From the IMG/VR virus record IMGVR_UViG_2558860161_000004: DNA of 7,256 nt; one strand, written 5' to 3'. The notes beneath the pieces were generated by a model. That model made no database searches. It saw nothing but the letters and a program-made list of their open reading frames with translations, and was not told where the DNA came from. The translations under genes and the position numbers were made by a program. How positions within the stretch are numbered: position 1 is the first letter of the stretch; each line of letters opens with the position of its first letter. This DNA comes from a virus. Its lineage: Duplodnaviria; Heunggongvirae; Uroviricota; Caudoviricetes. Of the stretch, positions 1 to 7,037 are shown one piece after another.

Positions 1-594
1 ATGCTTATTGGCTATGTACGCGTGTCAACAAATGACCAGAACACGGAATTGCAGCGTAACGCGCTGGAGTGCGCAGGATGCGAGCGGATTTTTGAGGATA
101 AAATCAGCGGCACGAAGTCCGACAGACCGGGACTGAAAAAACTGCTCAGAACATTATCAGCAGGTGACACTCTGGTAGTCTGGAAGCTGGACAGGCTGGG
201 GCGTAGTATGCGGCATCTGGTCATTCTGGTTGAGGAACTGCGCGAACGCGGCGTTAATTTTCGCAGTCTGACGGATGCTATTGATACCAGCACGCCGATG
301 GGGCGTTTTTTCTTTCATGTGATGGGTGCCCTGGCTGAAATGGAGCGAGAACTCATTGTCGAGCGGACACGCGCCGGACTGGAAACGGCCAGAGCCAAAG
401 GTCGTATTGGTGGCAGACGTCCGAAACTCACCGCGAGTGAGTGGGAGCAGGTCGGACGGTTGCTGGCTGCGGGGGAATCTCGTCAACGTGTGGCGCTGAT
501 TTTTGATATTGGCCTGTCCACGCTCTATAAAAAATTTCCCTCATCAGCGACAAAGAATAAATTGTGTCATCCCTTAGCCAACCGGGACAAATAG
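1..594 (+). CDS. Site-specific DNA invertase, serine recombinase of the Gin/Pin/Cin/Hin family
   Basis: 197-aa ORF starting at the window edge. N-terminus MLIGYVRVSTNDQ carries the catalytic serine (Ser9) in the resolvase/invertase motif. The C-terminal part (GRPKLT...ALIFDIGLSTLYKK) matches the helix-turn-helix DNA-binding domain of this family. From memory it is near-collinear with phage Mu Gin (about 190 aa). No search was run. Confidence 0.93.
   Translation: MLIGYVRVSTNDQNTELQRNALECAGCERIFEDKISGTKSDRPGLKKLLRTLSAGDTLVVWKLDRLGRSMRHLVILVEELRERGVNFRSLTDAIDTSTPMGRFFFHVMGALAEMERELIVERTRAGLETARAKGRIGGRRPKLTASEWEQVGRLLAAGESRQRVALIFDIGLSTLYKKFPSSATKNKLCHPLANRDK
94..158. promoter_or_regulatory. 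Candidate Fis-dependent recombinational enhancer inside the invertase 5' coding region
   Basis: In Hin/Gin/Cin systems the enhancer with two Fis sites lies within the first ~200 bp of the invertase gene. Here there are 15-bp G-N13-C windows with AT-rich cores at 94-108 (GAGGATAAAATCAGC), 97-111, 131-145 (GACTGAAAAAACTGC) and 144-158 (GCTCAGAACATTATC). The 97-111 and 144-158 centres are ~47 bp apart, close to the ~48 bp spacing reported for hin. Motif match is degenerate, so this is a candidate only. Confidence 0.25.
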
Positions 595-653
595 CCTGAC
601 ATCTCCGGCACAACTGAAAATACCACTCACCCATTAACCACGGAGTTAAACGG

Positions 654-1844
654 ATGAGTGACTATCATCACGGCGTGCAGGTGCTGGAGATTAACGACGG
701 CACCCGCGTCATTTCCACCGTATCCACTGCCATTGTCGGCATGGTCTGCACGGCCAGCGATGCGGATGCGGAAACCTTCCCCCTCAATAAACCTGTGCTG
801 ATTACCAATGTGCAGAGCGCAATTGCAAAGGCCGGTAAAAAAGGCACGCTGGCAGCATCGTTGCAGGCCATCGCTGACCAGTCAAAACCGGTCACCGTTG
901 TCGTGCGTGTGGAAGACGGCACCGGCGAAGACGAGGAAACGAAACTTGCGCAGACCGTTTCCAATATCATTGGCACCACCGACGAAAACGGTCAGTACAC
1001 CGGACTGAAAGCCCTGCTGGCGGCGGAGTCGGTAACCGGTGTTAAACCGCGTATTCTCGGCGTGCCGGGACTGGACACCAAAGAGGTGGCTGTTGCACTG
1101 GCATCAGTCTGTCAGAAGCTGCGCGCTTTCGGGTATATCAGCGCATGGGGTTGTAAAACCATTTCCGAGGTGAAAGCCTACCGTCAGAATTTCAGCCAGC
1201 GTGAGCTGATGGTCATCTGGCCGGATTTCCTCGCATGGGATACGGTCACCAGTACTACCGCCACCGCGTATGCCACCGCCCGTGCGCTGGGTCTGCGTGC
1301 CAGAATTGACCAGGAGCAGGGCTGGCATAAAACGCTGTCCAATGTCGGGGTGAACGGTGTTACCGGCATCAGCGCCTCTGTATTCTGGGATTTGCAGGAG
1401 TCCGGCACCGATGCTGACTTGCTTAACGAGTCAGGCGTCACAACGCTGATTCGCCGCGACGGTTTCCGCTTCTGGGGTAACCGTACCTGCTCTGATGACC
1501 CGCTGTTCCTCTTTGAAAACTACACCCGCACCGCGCAGGTGCTGGCCGACACGATGGCTGAGGCGCACATGTGGGCGGTGGACAAGCCCATCACCGCAAC
1601 GCTGATTCGCGACATCGTTGACGGCATCAATGCCAAATTCCGTGAGCTGAAAACAAACGGCTATATCGTGGATGCGACCTGCTGGTTCAGCGAAGAATCC
1701 AACGATGCGGAAACCCTCAAGGCCGGAAAACTGTATATCGACTACGACTATACACCGGTGCCTCCTCTTGAAAACCTGACCCTGCGCCAGCGTATTACCG
1801 ATAAATACCTGGCAAATCTGGTCACTTCGGTTAACAGCAATTAA
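654..1844 (+). CDS. FI: Contractile tail sheath protein (P2 gpFI family)
   Basis: 396-aa ORF, the same length as P2 gpFI. The translation (MSDYHHGVQVLEIN...LANLVTSVNSN) matches my recollection of P2 FI essentially end to end. GGAG Shine-Dalgarno at 642-645, 8 nt upstream of the ATG. Followed immediately by the tube gene, as in P2. Confidence 0.95.
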   Translation: MSDYHHGVQVLEINDGTRVISTVSTAIVGMVCTASDADAETFPLNKPVLITNVQSAIAKAGKKGTLAASLQAIADQSKPVTVVVRVEDGTGEDEETKLAQTVSNIIGTTDENGQYTGLKALLAAESVTGVKPRILGVPGLDTKEVAVALASVCQKLRAFGYISAWGCKTISEVKAYRQNFSQRELMVIWPDFLAWDTVTSTTATAYATARALGLRARIDQEQGWHKTLSNVGVNGVTGISASVFWDLQESGTDADLLNESGVTTLIRRDGFRFWGNRTCSDDPLFLFENYTRTAQVLADTMAEAHMWAVDKPITATLIRDIVDGINAKFRELKTNGYIVDATCWFSEESNDAETLKAGKLYIDYDYTPVPPLENLTLRQRITDKYLANLVTSVNSN

Positions 1845-1856
1845 GGAGCCTGACCG

Positions 1857-2375
1857 ATGGCAATGCCGCGCAAACTCAAGTTAATGAACGTCTTTCTGAA
1901 CGGCTACAGCTATCAGGGCGTTGCAAAGTCCGTCACGCTGCCAAAACTGACCCGTAAGCTCGAAAACTATCGCGGTGCGGGGATGAACGGCAGCGCACCG
2001 GTAGACCTCGGCCTTGATGACGATGCGCTGTCAATGGAGTGGTCGCTCGGGGGCTTCCCGGATTCGGTTATCTGGGAGCTCTATGCCGCAACCGGCGTGG
2101 ATGCCGTACCGATTCGTTTTGCTGGCTCTTACCAGCGCGACGATACCGGCGAAACGGTGGCCGTCGAGGTGGTCATGCGTGGACGTCAGAAAGAAATCGA
2201 CACCGGCGAGGGGAAACAGGGAGAAGACACTGAGTCGAAAATCTCCGTGGTCTGCACCTATTTCCGGCTGACGATGGACGGTAAGGAGCTGGTCGAAATC
2301 GACACCATCAACATGATTGAGAAGGTGAACGGCGTCGACCGGCTGGAGCAACACCGCCGCAATATCGGCCTGTGA
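1857..2375 (+). CDS. FII: Tail tube protein (P2 gpFII family)
   Basis: 172-aa ORF, the same length as P2 gpFII (MAMPRKLKLMNVFLNGYSYQGV...). Strong AGGAG Shine-Dalgarno at 1846-1850, 6 nt before the ATG. Lies directly downstream of the sheath gene. Confidence 0.95.
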   Translation: MAMPRKLKLMNVFLNGYSYQGVAKSVTLPKLTRKLENYRGAGMNGSAPVDLGLDDDALSMEWSLGGFPDSVIWELYAATGVDAVPIRFAGSYQRDDTGETVAVEVVMRGRQKEIDTGEGKQGEDTESKISVVCTYFRLTMDGKELVEIDTINMIEKVNGVDRLEQHRRNIGL

Positions 2376-2382
2376 TTTTCAT

Positions 2383-2403
2383 CCGGTCAGCCAGGCTGAC
2401 CGG
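2383..2403 (+). other. Perfect 21-bp GC-rich palindrome (potential RNA hairpin) in the FII-E intergenic spacer
   Basis: CCGGTCAGCC-A-GGCTGACCGG read directly from the sequence: 10-nt arms that are exact reverse complements around a central A, giving an 8-9 bp stem with a 3-5 nt loop in RNA. It starts 8 nt after the FII stop and is followed by TTAACCCTGATTC, which is not a U-tract. Confidence 0.4.
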
Positions 2404-2431
2404 TTAACCCTGATTCAGAAGTGAGAAAACC

Positions 2432-2707
2432 ATGAACAAAGAAAATGTGATTACCCTGGACAATCCGGTCAAGCGTGGTGAGCAGGTCATCGAACAGGTC
2501 ACGCTGATGAAACCCAATGCCGGGACGCTGCGCGGTGTCAGTCTGGCTGCGGTCGCGAACTCCGAAGTCGATGCACTGATTAAGGTGCTGCCGCGCATGA
2601 CTGCACCGATGCTGACCGAGCAGGAAGTCGCCGCACTGGAACTGCCTGACCTTGTGGCGCTGGCCGGTAAGGTGGTCGGTTTTTTGTCGCCGAACTCGGT
2701 ACAGTGA
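2432..2707 (+). CDS. E: Tail assembly chaperone gpE (zero-frame product)
   Basis: 91-aa ORF, the same length as P2 gpE, ending ...GKVVGFLSPNSVQ. Located between the tube and tape-measure genes, the conserved position for the chaperone pair in contractile and non-contractile tails. Confidence 0.92.
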   Translation: MNKENVITLDNPVKRGEQVIEQVTLMKPNAGTLRGVSLAAVANSEVDALIKVLPRMTAPMLTEQEVAALELPDLVALAGKVVGFLSPNSVQ

Positions 2708-2859
2708 CGTTTCCGAAAAATCTGTCGGTCGATGACCTGATGGCGGATGTGGCAGTGATATTTCACTGGCCGCCATCAGAACTGTATCCCATGAGCCTGG
2801 CCGAACTCATCACATGGCGCGAAAAGGCGCTCCGGCGAAGCGGAAACACGAATGAGTAA
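2432..2859 (+). CDS. E': Tail assembly chaperone gpE+E' fusion made by programmed -1 ribosomal frameshift (join 2432..2686 and 2686..2859)
   Basis: I translated the -1 frame by hand from the slip site. After GGT TTT TTG the -1 frame reads V A E L G T V T F P K N L S V D D L M A D V A V I F H W P P S E L Y P M S L A E L I T W R E K A L R R S G N T N E and stops at TAA 2857-2859. The predicted fusion is 142 aa, matching P2 E+E'. The E' stop overlaps the T start codon at 2852. Confidence 0.8.
2680..2686 (+). promoter_or_regulatory. -1 frameshift slippery heptamer T TTT TTG (X XXY YYZ)
   Basis: Zero-frame codons GGT(2678-2680) TTT(2681-2683) TTG(2684-2686) place the six-T run plus G exactly in X XXY YYZ register, 7 codons before the E stop. 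This is the same heptamer class described for P2 E/E' and analogous to lambda G/GT. Confidence 0.8.
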
Positions 2860-5299
2860 CAATGTAAAATTACAGGTATTGCTCAGGGCTGTTGACCAGG
2901 CATCCCGCCCGTTTAAATCCATCCGTACAGCGAGTAAGTCGCTGTCGGGGGATATCCGGGAAACACAAAAATCACTGCGCGAGCTGAACGGTCACGCATC
3001 CCGTATTGAGGGATTCCGCAAGACCAGTGCACAGCTTGCCGTGACTGGTCATGCACTTGAAAAGGCACGGCAGGAAGCCGAAGCCCTTGCCACACAGTTT
3101 AAAAACACCGAACGTCCGACCCGTGCTCAGGCGAAAGTGCTGGAATCCGCAAAGCGTGCGGCGGAGGACTTACAGGCGAAATATAACCGCCTGACGGATT
3201 CCGTTAAACGCCAGCAGCGGGAACTGGCCGCTGTGGGAATTAATACCCGCAATCTTGCACATGATGAGCAGGGACTGAAAAACCGTATCAGTGAAACCAC
3301 CGCACAGCTTAACCGTCAGCGCGACGCGCTGGCGCGTGTCAGTGCGCAACAGGCAAAACTTAACGCAGTAAAACAGCGTTATCAGTCCGGAAAGGAACTG
3401 GCCGGAAATATGGCCTCAGTGGGCGCTGCCGGTGTGGGGATTGCGGCGGCGGGAACGATGGCCGGTGTTAAGCTACTGATGCCCGGTTATGAGTTTGCGC
3501 AGAAAAACTCAGAATTGCAGGCCGTGCTAGGTGTGGCAAAAGACTCCGCCGAAATGGCCGCATTACGCAAACAGGCGCGCCAGCTCGGCGACAATACCGC
3601 AGCCTCGGCAGATGATGCAGCCGGTGCGCAGATTATCATTGCGAAAGCCGGTGGGGATGTTGATGCCATTCAGGCGGCAACGCCGGTTACACTGAATATG
3701 GCGCTGGCGAACCGCCGCACGATGGAAGAAAACGCCGCCCTGCTGATGGGGATGAAATCTGCCTTTCAGCTTTCAAACGATAAGGTCGCTCATATCGGGG
3801 ATGTTCTCTCCATGACGATGAACAAAACCGCCGCCGATTTTGACGGCATGAGCGATGCGCTGACCTATGCCGCACCTGTGGCAAAAAATGCCGGTGTCAG
3901 CATTGAAGAAACCGCCGCAATGGTCGGGGCGCTGCATGATGCAAAAATTACAGGCTCAATGGCGGGGACGGGAAGCCGTGCCGTGTTAAGTCGCCTGCAG
4001 GCACCAACGGGAAAAGCATGGGATGCACTCAAAGAGCTTGGCGTGAAAACCTCAGACAGCAAGGGAAACACCCGGCCAATATTTACCATTCTGAAAGAAA
4101 TGCAGGCCAGTTTTGAGAAAAACCGGCTTGGTACTGCCCAGCAGGCTGAATACATGAAAACTATTTTCGGGGAGGAGGCCAGCTCAGCCGCCGCCGTGCT
4201 GATGACTGCCGCCTCAACCGGAAAGCTGGACAAACTGACCGCTGCGTTTAAAGCCTCAAACGGGAAGACTGCCGAGCTGGTAAATATCATGCAGGACAAC
4301 CTCGGCGGTGACTTTAAGGAGTTTCAGTCCGCTTATGAGGCGGTGGGGACAGACCTGTTTGACCAGCAGGAAGGCGCACTGCGTAAGCTCACACAGACGG
4401 CCACAAAGTATGTGTTAAAACTCGACGGCTGGATCCAGAAAAACAAATCACTGGCGTCAACCATTGGCATCATTGCCGGTGGCGCGCTGGCGCTTATTGG
4501 CATCATCGGTGCAATTGGTCTTGTAGCCTGGCCGGTTATCACTGGCATCAATGCCATCATCGCGGCAGCAGGCGCAATGGGGGCAATCTTCACGACGGTT
4601 GGCAGTGCTGTTATGACGGCCATCGGGGCGATTAGCTGGCCGGTTGTGGCCGTGGTGGCCGCCATTGTCGCCGGGGCGTTGCTTATCCGTAAATACTGGG
4701 AGCCTGTCAGCGCATTCTTTGGCGGTGTGGTGGAAGGGCTGAAAGCGGTATTTGCGCCGGTGGGGGAACTGTTCACGCCACTTAAGCCGGTGTTTGACTG
4801 GCTGGGCGAAAAGTTACAGGCCGCGTGGCAGTGGCTTAAAAACCTGATTGCCCCCGTCAAAGCCACCCAGGACACCCTGAACCGTTGTCGTGACACGGGT
4901 GTCATGTTCGGGCAGGCACTGGCTGACGCGTTGATGCTGCCGCTTAATGCGTTCAACAAACTGCGCAGCGGTATTGACTGGGTACTGGAAAAACTCGGTG
5001 TTATCAACAAAGAGTCAGACACACTTGACCAGACCGCCGCCAGAACTCAAGCCGCCACGTATGGCAGCGGTGGTTATATTCCGGCGACCAGCTCTTATGC
5101 AGGCTATCAGGCTTATCAGCCGGTCACGGCACCGGCTGGCCGCTCTTATGTGGACCAGAGTAAAAACGAATATCACATCAGCCTGACGGGTGGCACTGCG
5201 CCGGGGACACAGCTTGACCGCCAGTTACAGGATGCGCTCGAAAAATACGAGCGGGGTAAACGTGCGCGCGCCCGTGCCAGCATGATGCATGACGGTTAA
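2852..5299 (+). CDS. T: Tail tape measure protein (P2 gpT family)
   Basis: 815-aa ORF, the same length as P2 gpT. The N-terminal third is rich in Q/R/A/L/E heptad-like sequence (coiled coil). A long Gly/Ala/Ile-rich hydrophobic segment lies at about residues 532-616. It sits immediately downstream of the E/E' chaperone pair. All of this is typical of tape measure proteins. Confidence 0.95.
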   Translation: MSNNVKLQVLLRAVDQASRPFKSIRTASKSLSGDIRETQKSLRELNGHASRIEGFRKTSAQLAVTGHALEKARQEAEALATQFKNTERPTRAQAKVLESAKRAAEDLQAKYNRLTDSVKRQQRELAAVGINTRNLAHDEQGLKNRISETTAQLNRQRDALARVSAQQAKLNAVKQRYQSGKELAGNMASVGAAGVGIAAAGTMAGVKLLMPGYEFAQKNSELQAVLGVAKDSAEMAALRKQARQLGDNTAASADDAAGAQIIIAKAGGDVDAIQAATPVTLNMALANRRTMEENAALLMGMKSAFQLSNDKVAHIGDVLSMTMNKTAADFDGMSDALTYAAPVAKNAGVSIEETAAMVGALHDAKITGSMAGTGSRAVLSRLQAPTGKAWDALKELGVKTSDSKGNTRPIFTILKEMQASFEKNRLGTAQQAEYMKTIFGEEASSAAAVLMTAASTGKLDKLTAAFKASNGKTAELVNIMQDNLGGDFKEFQSAYEAVGTDLFDQQEGALRKLTQTATKYVLKLDGWIQKNKSLASTIGIIAGGALALIGIIGAIGLVAWPVITGINAIIAAAGAMGAIFTTVGSAVMTAIGAISWPVVAVVAAIVAGALLIRKYWEPVSAFFGGVVEGLKAVFAPVGELFTPLKPVFDWLGEKLQAAWQWLKNLIAPVKATQDTLNRCRDTGVMFGQALADALMLPLNAFNKLRSGIDWVLEKLGVINKESDTLDQTAARTQAATYGSGGYIPATSSYAGYQAYQPVTAPAGRSYVDQSKNEYHISLTGGTAPGTQLDRQLQDALEKYERGKRARARASMMHDG

Positions 5300-5313
5300 G
5301 GAGGTGACGAAAA

Positions 5314-5793
5314 ATGATGCTCGCGTTAGGTATGTTTGTTTTTATGCGCCAGACGCTGCCACACCAGACCATGCAGCGTGAATCAGATTATCGCTGGCCG
5401 TCAAATTCCCGTATCGGTAAACGGGATGCCTACCAGTTTCTCGGTGTGGGTGAGGAAAACATGACGCTTGCCGGCGTGCTTTATCCCGAACTGACCGGCG
5501 GGAAGCTGACGATGACCACGCTCAGGCTAATGGCAGAGGAAGGCCGGGCGTGGCCGTTGCTGGATGGCACCGGCATGATTTACGGCATGTATGTCATCAG
5601 CAGGGTGAGTGAAACAGGGAGTATTTTCTTTGCAGACGGCACACCCCGAAAAATTGATTTTACGCTGTCGCTCACCCGTGTTGATGAATCACTGGCCGCG
5701 CTTTATGGCGATATCGGTAAACAGGCGGAATCGCTCATCGGTAAGGCTGGCAGTATGGCGGCTAAATTCACGGGTATGACGGGGGCGGAATAA
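5314..5793 (+). CDS. U: Tail protein gpU (P2 GpU family; tail/baseplate assembly component)
   Basis: 159-aa ORF, the same length as P2 gpU. Strong AAGGAGGTGA Shine-Dalgarno at 5298-5307, ending 6 nt before the ATG. Position between T and D is as in P2. The precise structural role is not asserted from sequence. Confidence 0.92.
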   Translation: MMLALGMFVFMRQTLPHQTMQRESDYRWPSNSRIGKRDAYQFLGVGEENMTLAGVLYPELTGGKLTMTTLRLMAEEGRAWPLLDGTGMIYGMYVISRVSETGSIFFADGTPRKIDFTLSLTRVDESLAALYGDIGKQAESLIGKAGSMAAKFTGMTGAE

Positions 5794-6956
5794 TGCTGGA
5801 TGCGCGGACATTTAATGCAGGCAGTACGCTGACGCCGGATTACATGCTGATGCTCGACAGCAGTGATATTACCGGTAATATCAGCGACCGTCTGATGAGC
5901 ATGACCCTGACGGATAACCGGGGCTTTGAGGCTGACCAGCTTGATATTGAACTGAACGATGCCGACGGGCAGGTCGGGCTGCCGGTTCGTGGCGCTGTCC
6001 TGACGGTGTATATCGGCTGGAAAGGTTTTGCCCTGGTATGCAAAGGGAAATTTACCGTTGATGAGGTTGAACACCGGGGCGCGCCGGATGTGGTCACCAT
6101 CCGCGCCCGGAGTGCAGATTTTCGCGGGACGCTCAATTCCCGCCGTGAAGGTTCATGGCATGACACCACGCTCGGTGCGATTGTTGAGGCGATAGCCTCC
6201 CGTAACAGGCTGGAAGCCAGTGTCGCTCCGTCACTGGCCGGAATTAAAATCCCACACATCGACCAGTCGCAGGAGTCCGACGCGAAATTCCTGACCCGTC
6301 TTGCAGAACGCAACGGCGGTGAGGTGTCGGTAAAAATGGGAAAACTGTTGTTTCTCAAAGCGGGGCAGGGGGTGACGGCCAGTGGTAAAAAAATCCCGCA
6401 GGTCACCATAACCCGCAGCGACGGCGACCGCCATCATTTTGCGATTGCTGACCGTGGAGCCTATACCGGCGTAACGGCAAAGTGGTTACACACCAAAGAC
6501 CCGAAGCCACAAAAGCAGAAGGTAAAACTGAAACGCAAAAAGAAAGAGAAACACCTGCGCGCACTGGAGCACCCGAAAGCGAAACCGGTCACGCAGAAGA
6601 AAGCGCCAAAAGTACCGGAAGCGCGCGAAGGTGAATACATGGCAGGTGAGGCTGACAACGTTTTTGCCCTGACCACGGTATATGCCACGAAAGCACAGGC
6701 CATGCGTGCTGCTCAGGCGAAGTGGGATAAACTGCAACGGGGCGTTGCGGAGTTCTCCATCATCCTGGCTACCGGTCGTGCAGATATTTACACGGAAACA
6801 CCGGTCAGAGTGTCAGGCTTTAAGCGCGTCATAGACGAGCAGGACTGGACAATCACTAAGGTGACACACTTTCTGAATAATTCCGGCTTCACGACGTCCT
6901 TAGAGCTTGAGGTCAGGCTTTCTGATGTGGAGTATGAAACAGAAGATAATGAGTGA
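5793..6956 (+). CDS. D: Tail protein gpD (P2 late control gene D family; probable baseplate hub-like protein)
   Basis: 387-aa ORF, the same length as P2 gpD. Its start overlaps the U stop by one base (TAATG at 5791-5795). It contains an internal lysine-rich low-complexity stretch. The hub-like role is from literature on P2-like tails and R-type pyocins, not from this sequence. Confidence 0.92.
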   Translation: MLDARTFNAGSTLTPDYMLMLDSSDITGNISDRLMSMTLTDNRGFEADQLDIELNDADGQVGLPVRGAVLTVYIGWKGFALVCKGKFTVDEVEHRGAPDVVTIRARSADFRGTLNSRREGSWHDTTLGAIVEAIASRNRLEASVAPSLAGIKIPHIDQSQESDAKFLTRLAERNGGEVSVKMGKLLFLKAGQGVTASGKKIPQVTITRSDGDRHHFAIADRGAYTGVTAKWLHTKDPKPQKQKVKLKRKKKEKHLRALEHPKAKPVTQKKAPKVPEAREGEYMAGEADNVFALTTVYATKAQAMRAAQAKWDKLQRGVAEFSIILATGRADIYTETPVRVSGFKRVIDEQDWTITKVTHFLNNSGFTTSLELEVRLSDVEYETEDNE

Positions 6957-6974
6957 TATTTTTATTTTATCTGT

Positions 6975-7003
6975 TTGTTTTATAAGGATAAATTAACTAA
7001 AAT
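6975..7003 (+). promoter_or_regulatory. Candidate sigma70 promoter for ogr (-35 TTGTTT at 6975-6980, 17-bp spacer, -10 TAAAAT at 6998-7003)
   Basis: Read directly from the sequence in the AT-rich 81-bp D-ogr spacer. The -10 matches TATAAT at 5 of 6 positions and the -35 matches TTGACA at 3 of 6 (TTG), with a 17-bp spacer. P2 ogr is known to have its own promoter in addition to read-through from the late operon. Confidence 0.45.
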
Positions 7004-7037
7004 GGCACCATTAACAAAACCGGAAGAGGTGCTCGCG

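Noticed and set aside
808-2271. Short alternative-frame + strand ORFs inside FI and FII (808-1008, 2014-2271, 2039-2233), and 4947-5186 inside T
   Set aside because: Arg/Pro/Ser-rich translations embedded out of frame in well-supported genes. No ribosome-binding sites. Typical out-of-frame artefacts in GC-rich coding sequence.
2383-2403. Classical rho-independent terminator at the FII-E hairpin
   Set aside because: The stem is strong but is followed by TTAACCCTGATTC rather than a run of T, so efficient intrinsic termination is not supported. Kept only as a possible attenuator or stabiliser.
2387-2776. Overlapping 129-aa and 120-aa minus-strand ORFs across gene E
   Set aside because: Antisense to the conserved chaperone gene and its frameshift site. 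Composition-driven, with no support for coding.
4333-5022. 229-aa ORF on the minus strand inside the tape measure gene
   Set aside because: Entirely antisense to a confidently identified 815-aa gene. Ala/Ser/Thr/Pro-rich low-complexity translation typical of GC-rich antisense frames. No convincing start context.
5840-6409. 189-aa minus-strand ORF inside gpD, plus the Phe/Leu-rich minus-strand ORFs at 6461-6737
   Set aside because: Antisense to gpD. The 6461-6737 ORFs are the mirror image of the lysine-rich codon run in gpD; the 189-aa ORF has a Ser/Pro/Arg/Thr-rich low-complexity translation. None has a ribosome-binding site.
6957-6985. T-rich tract after gpD as the late-operon terminator
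   Set aside because: No GC-rich hairpin precedes the T-run, since the upstream sequence is the gpD coding end. More likely part of the ogr promoter spacer.
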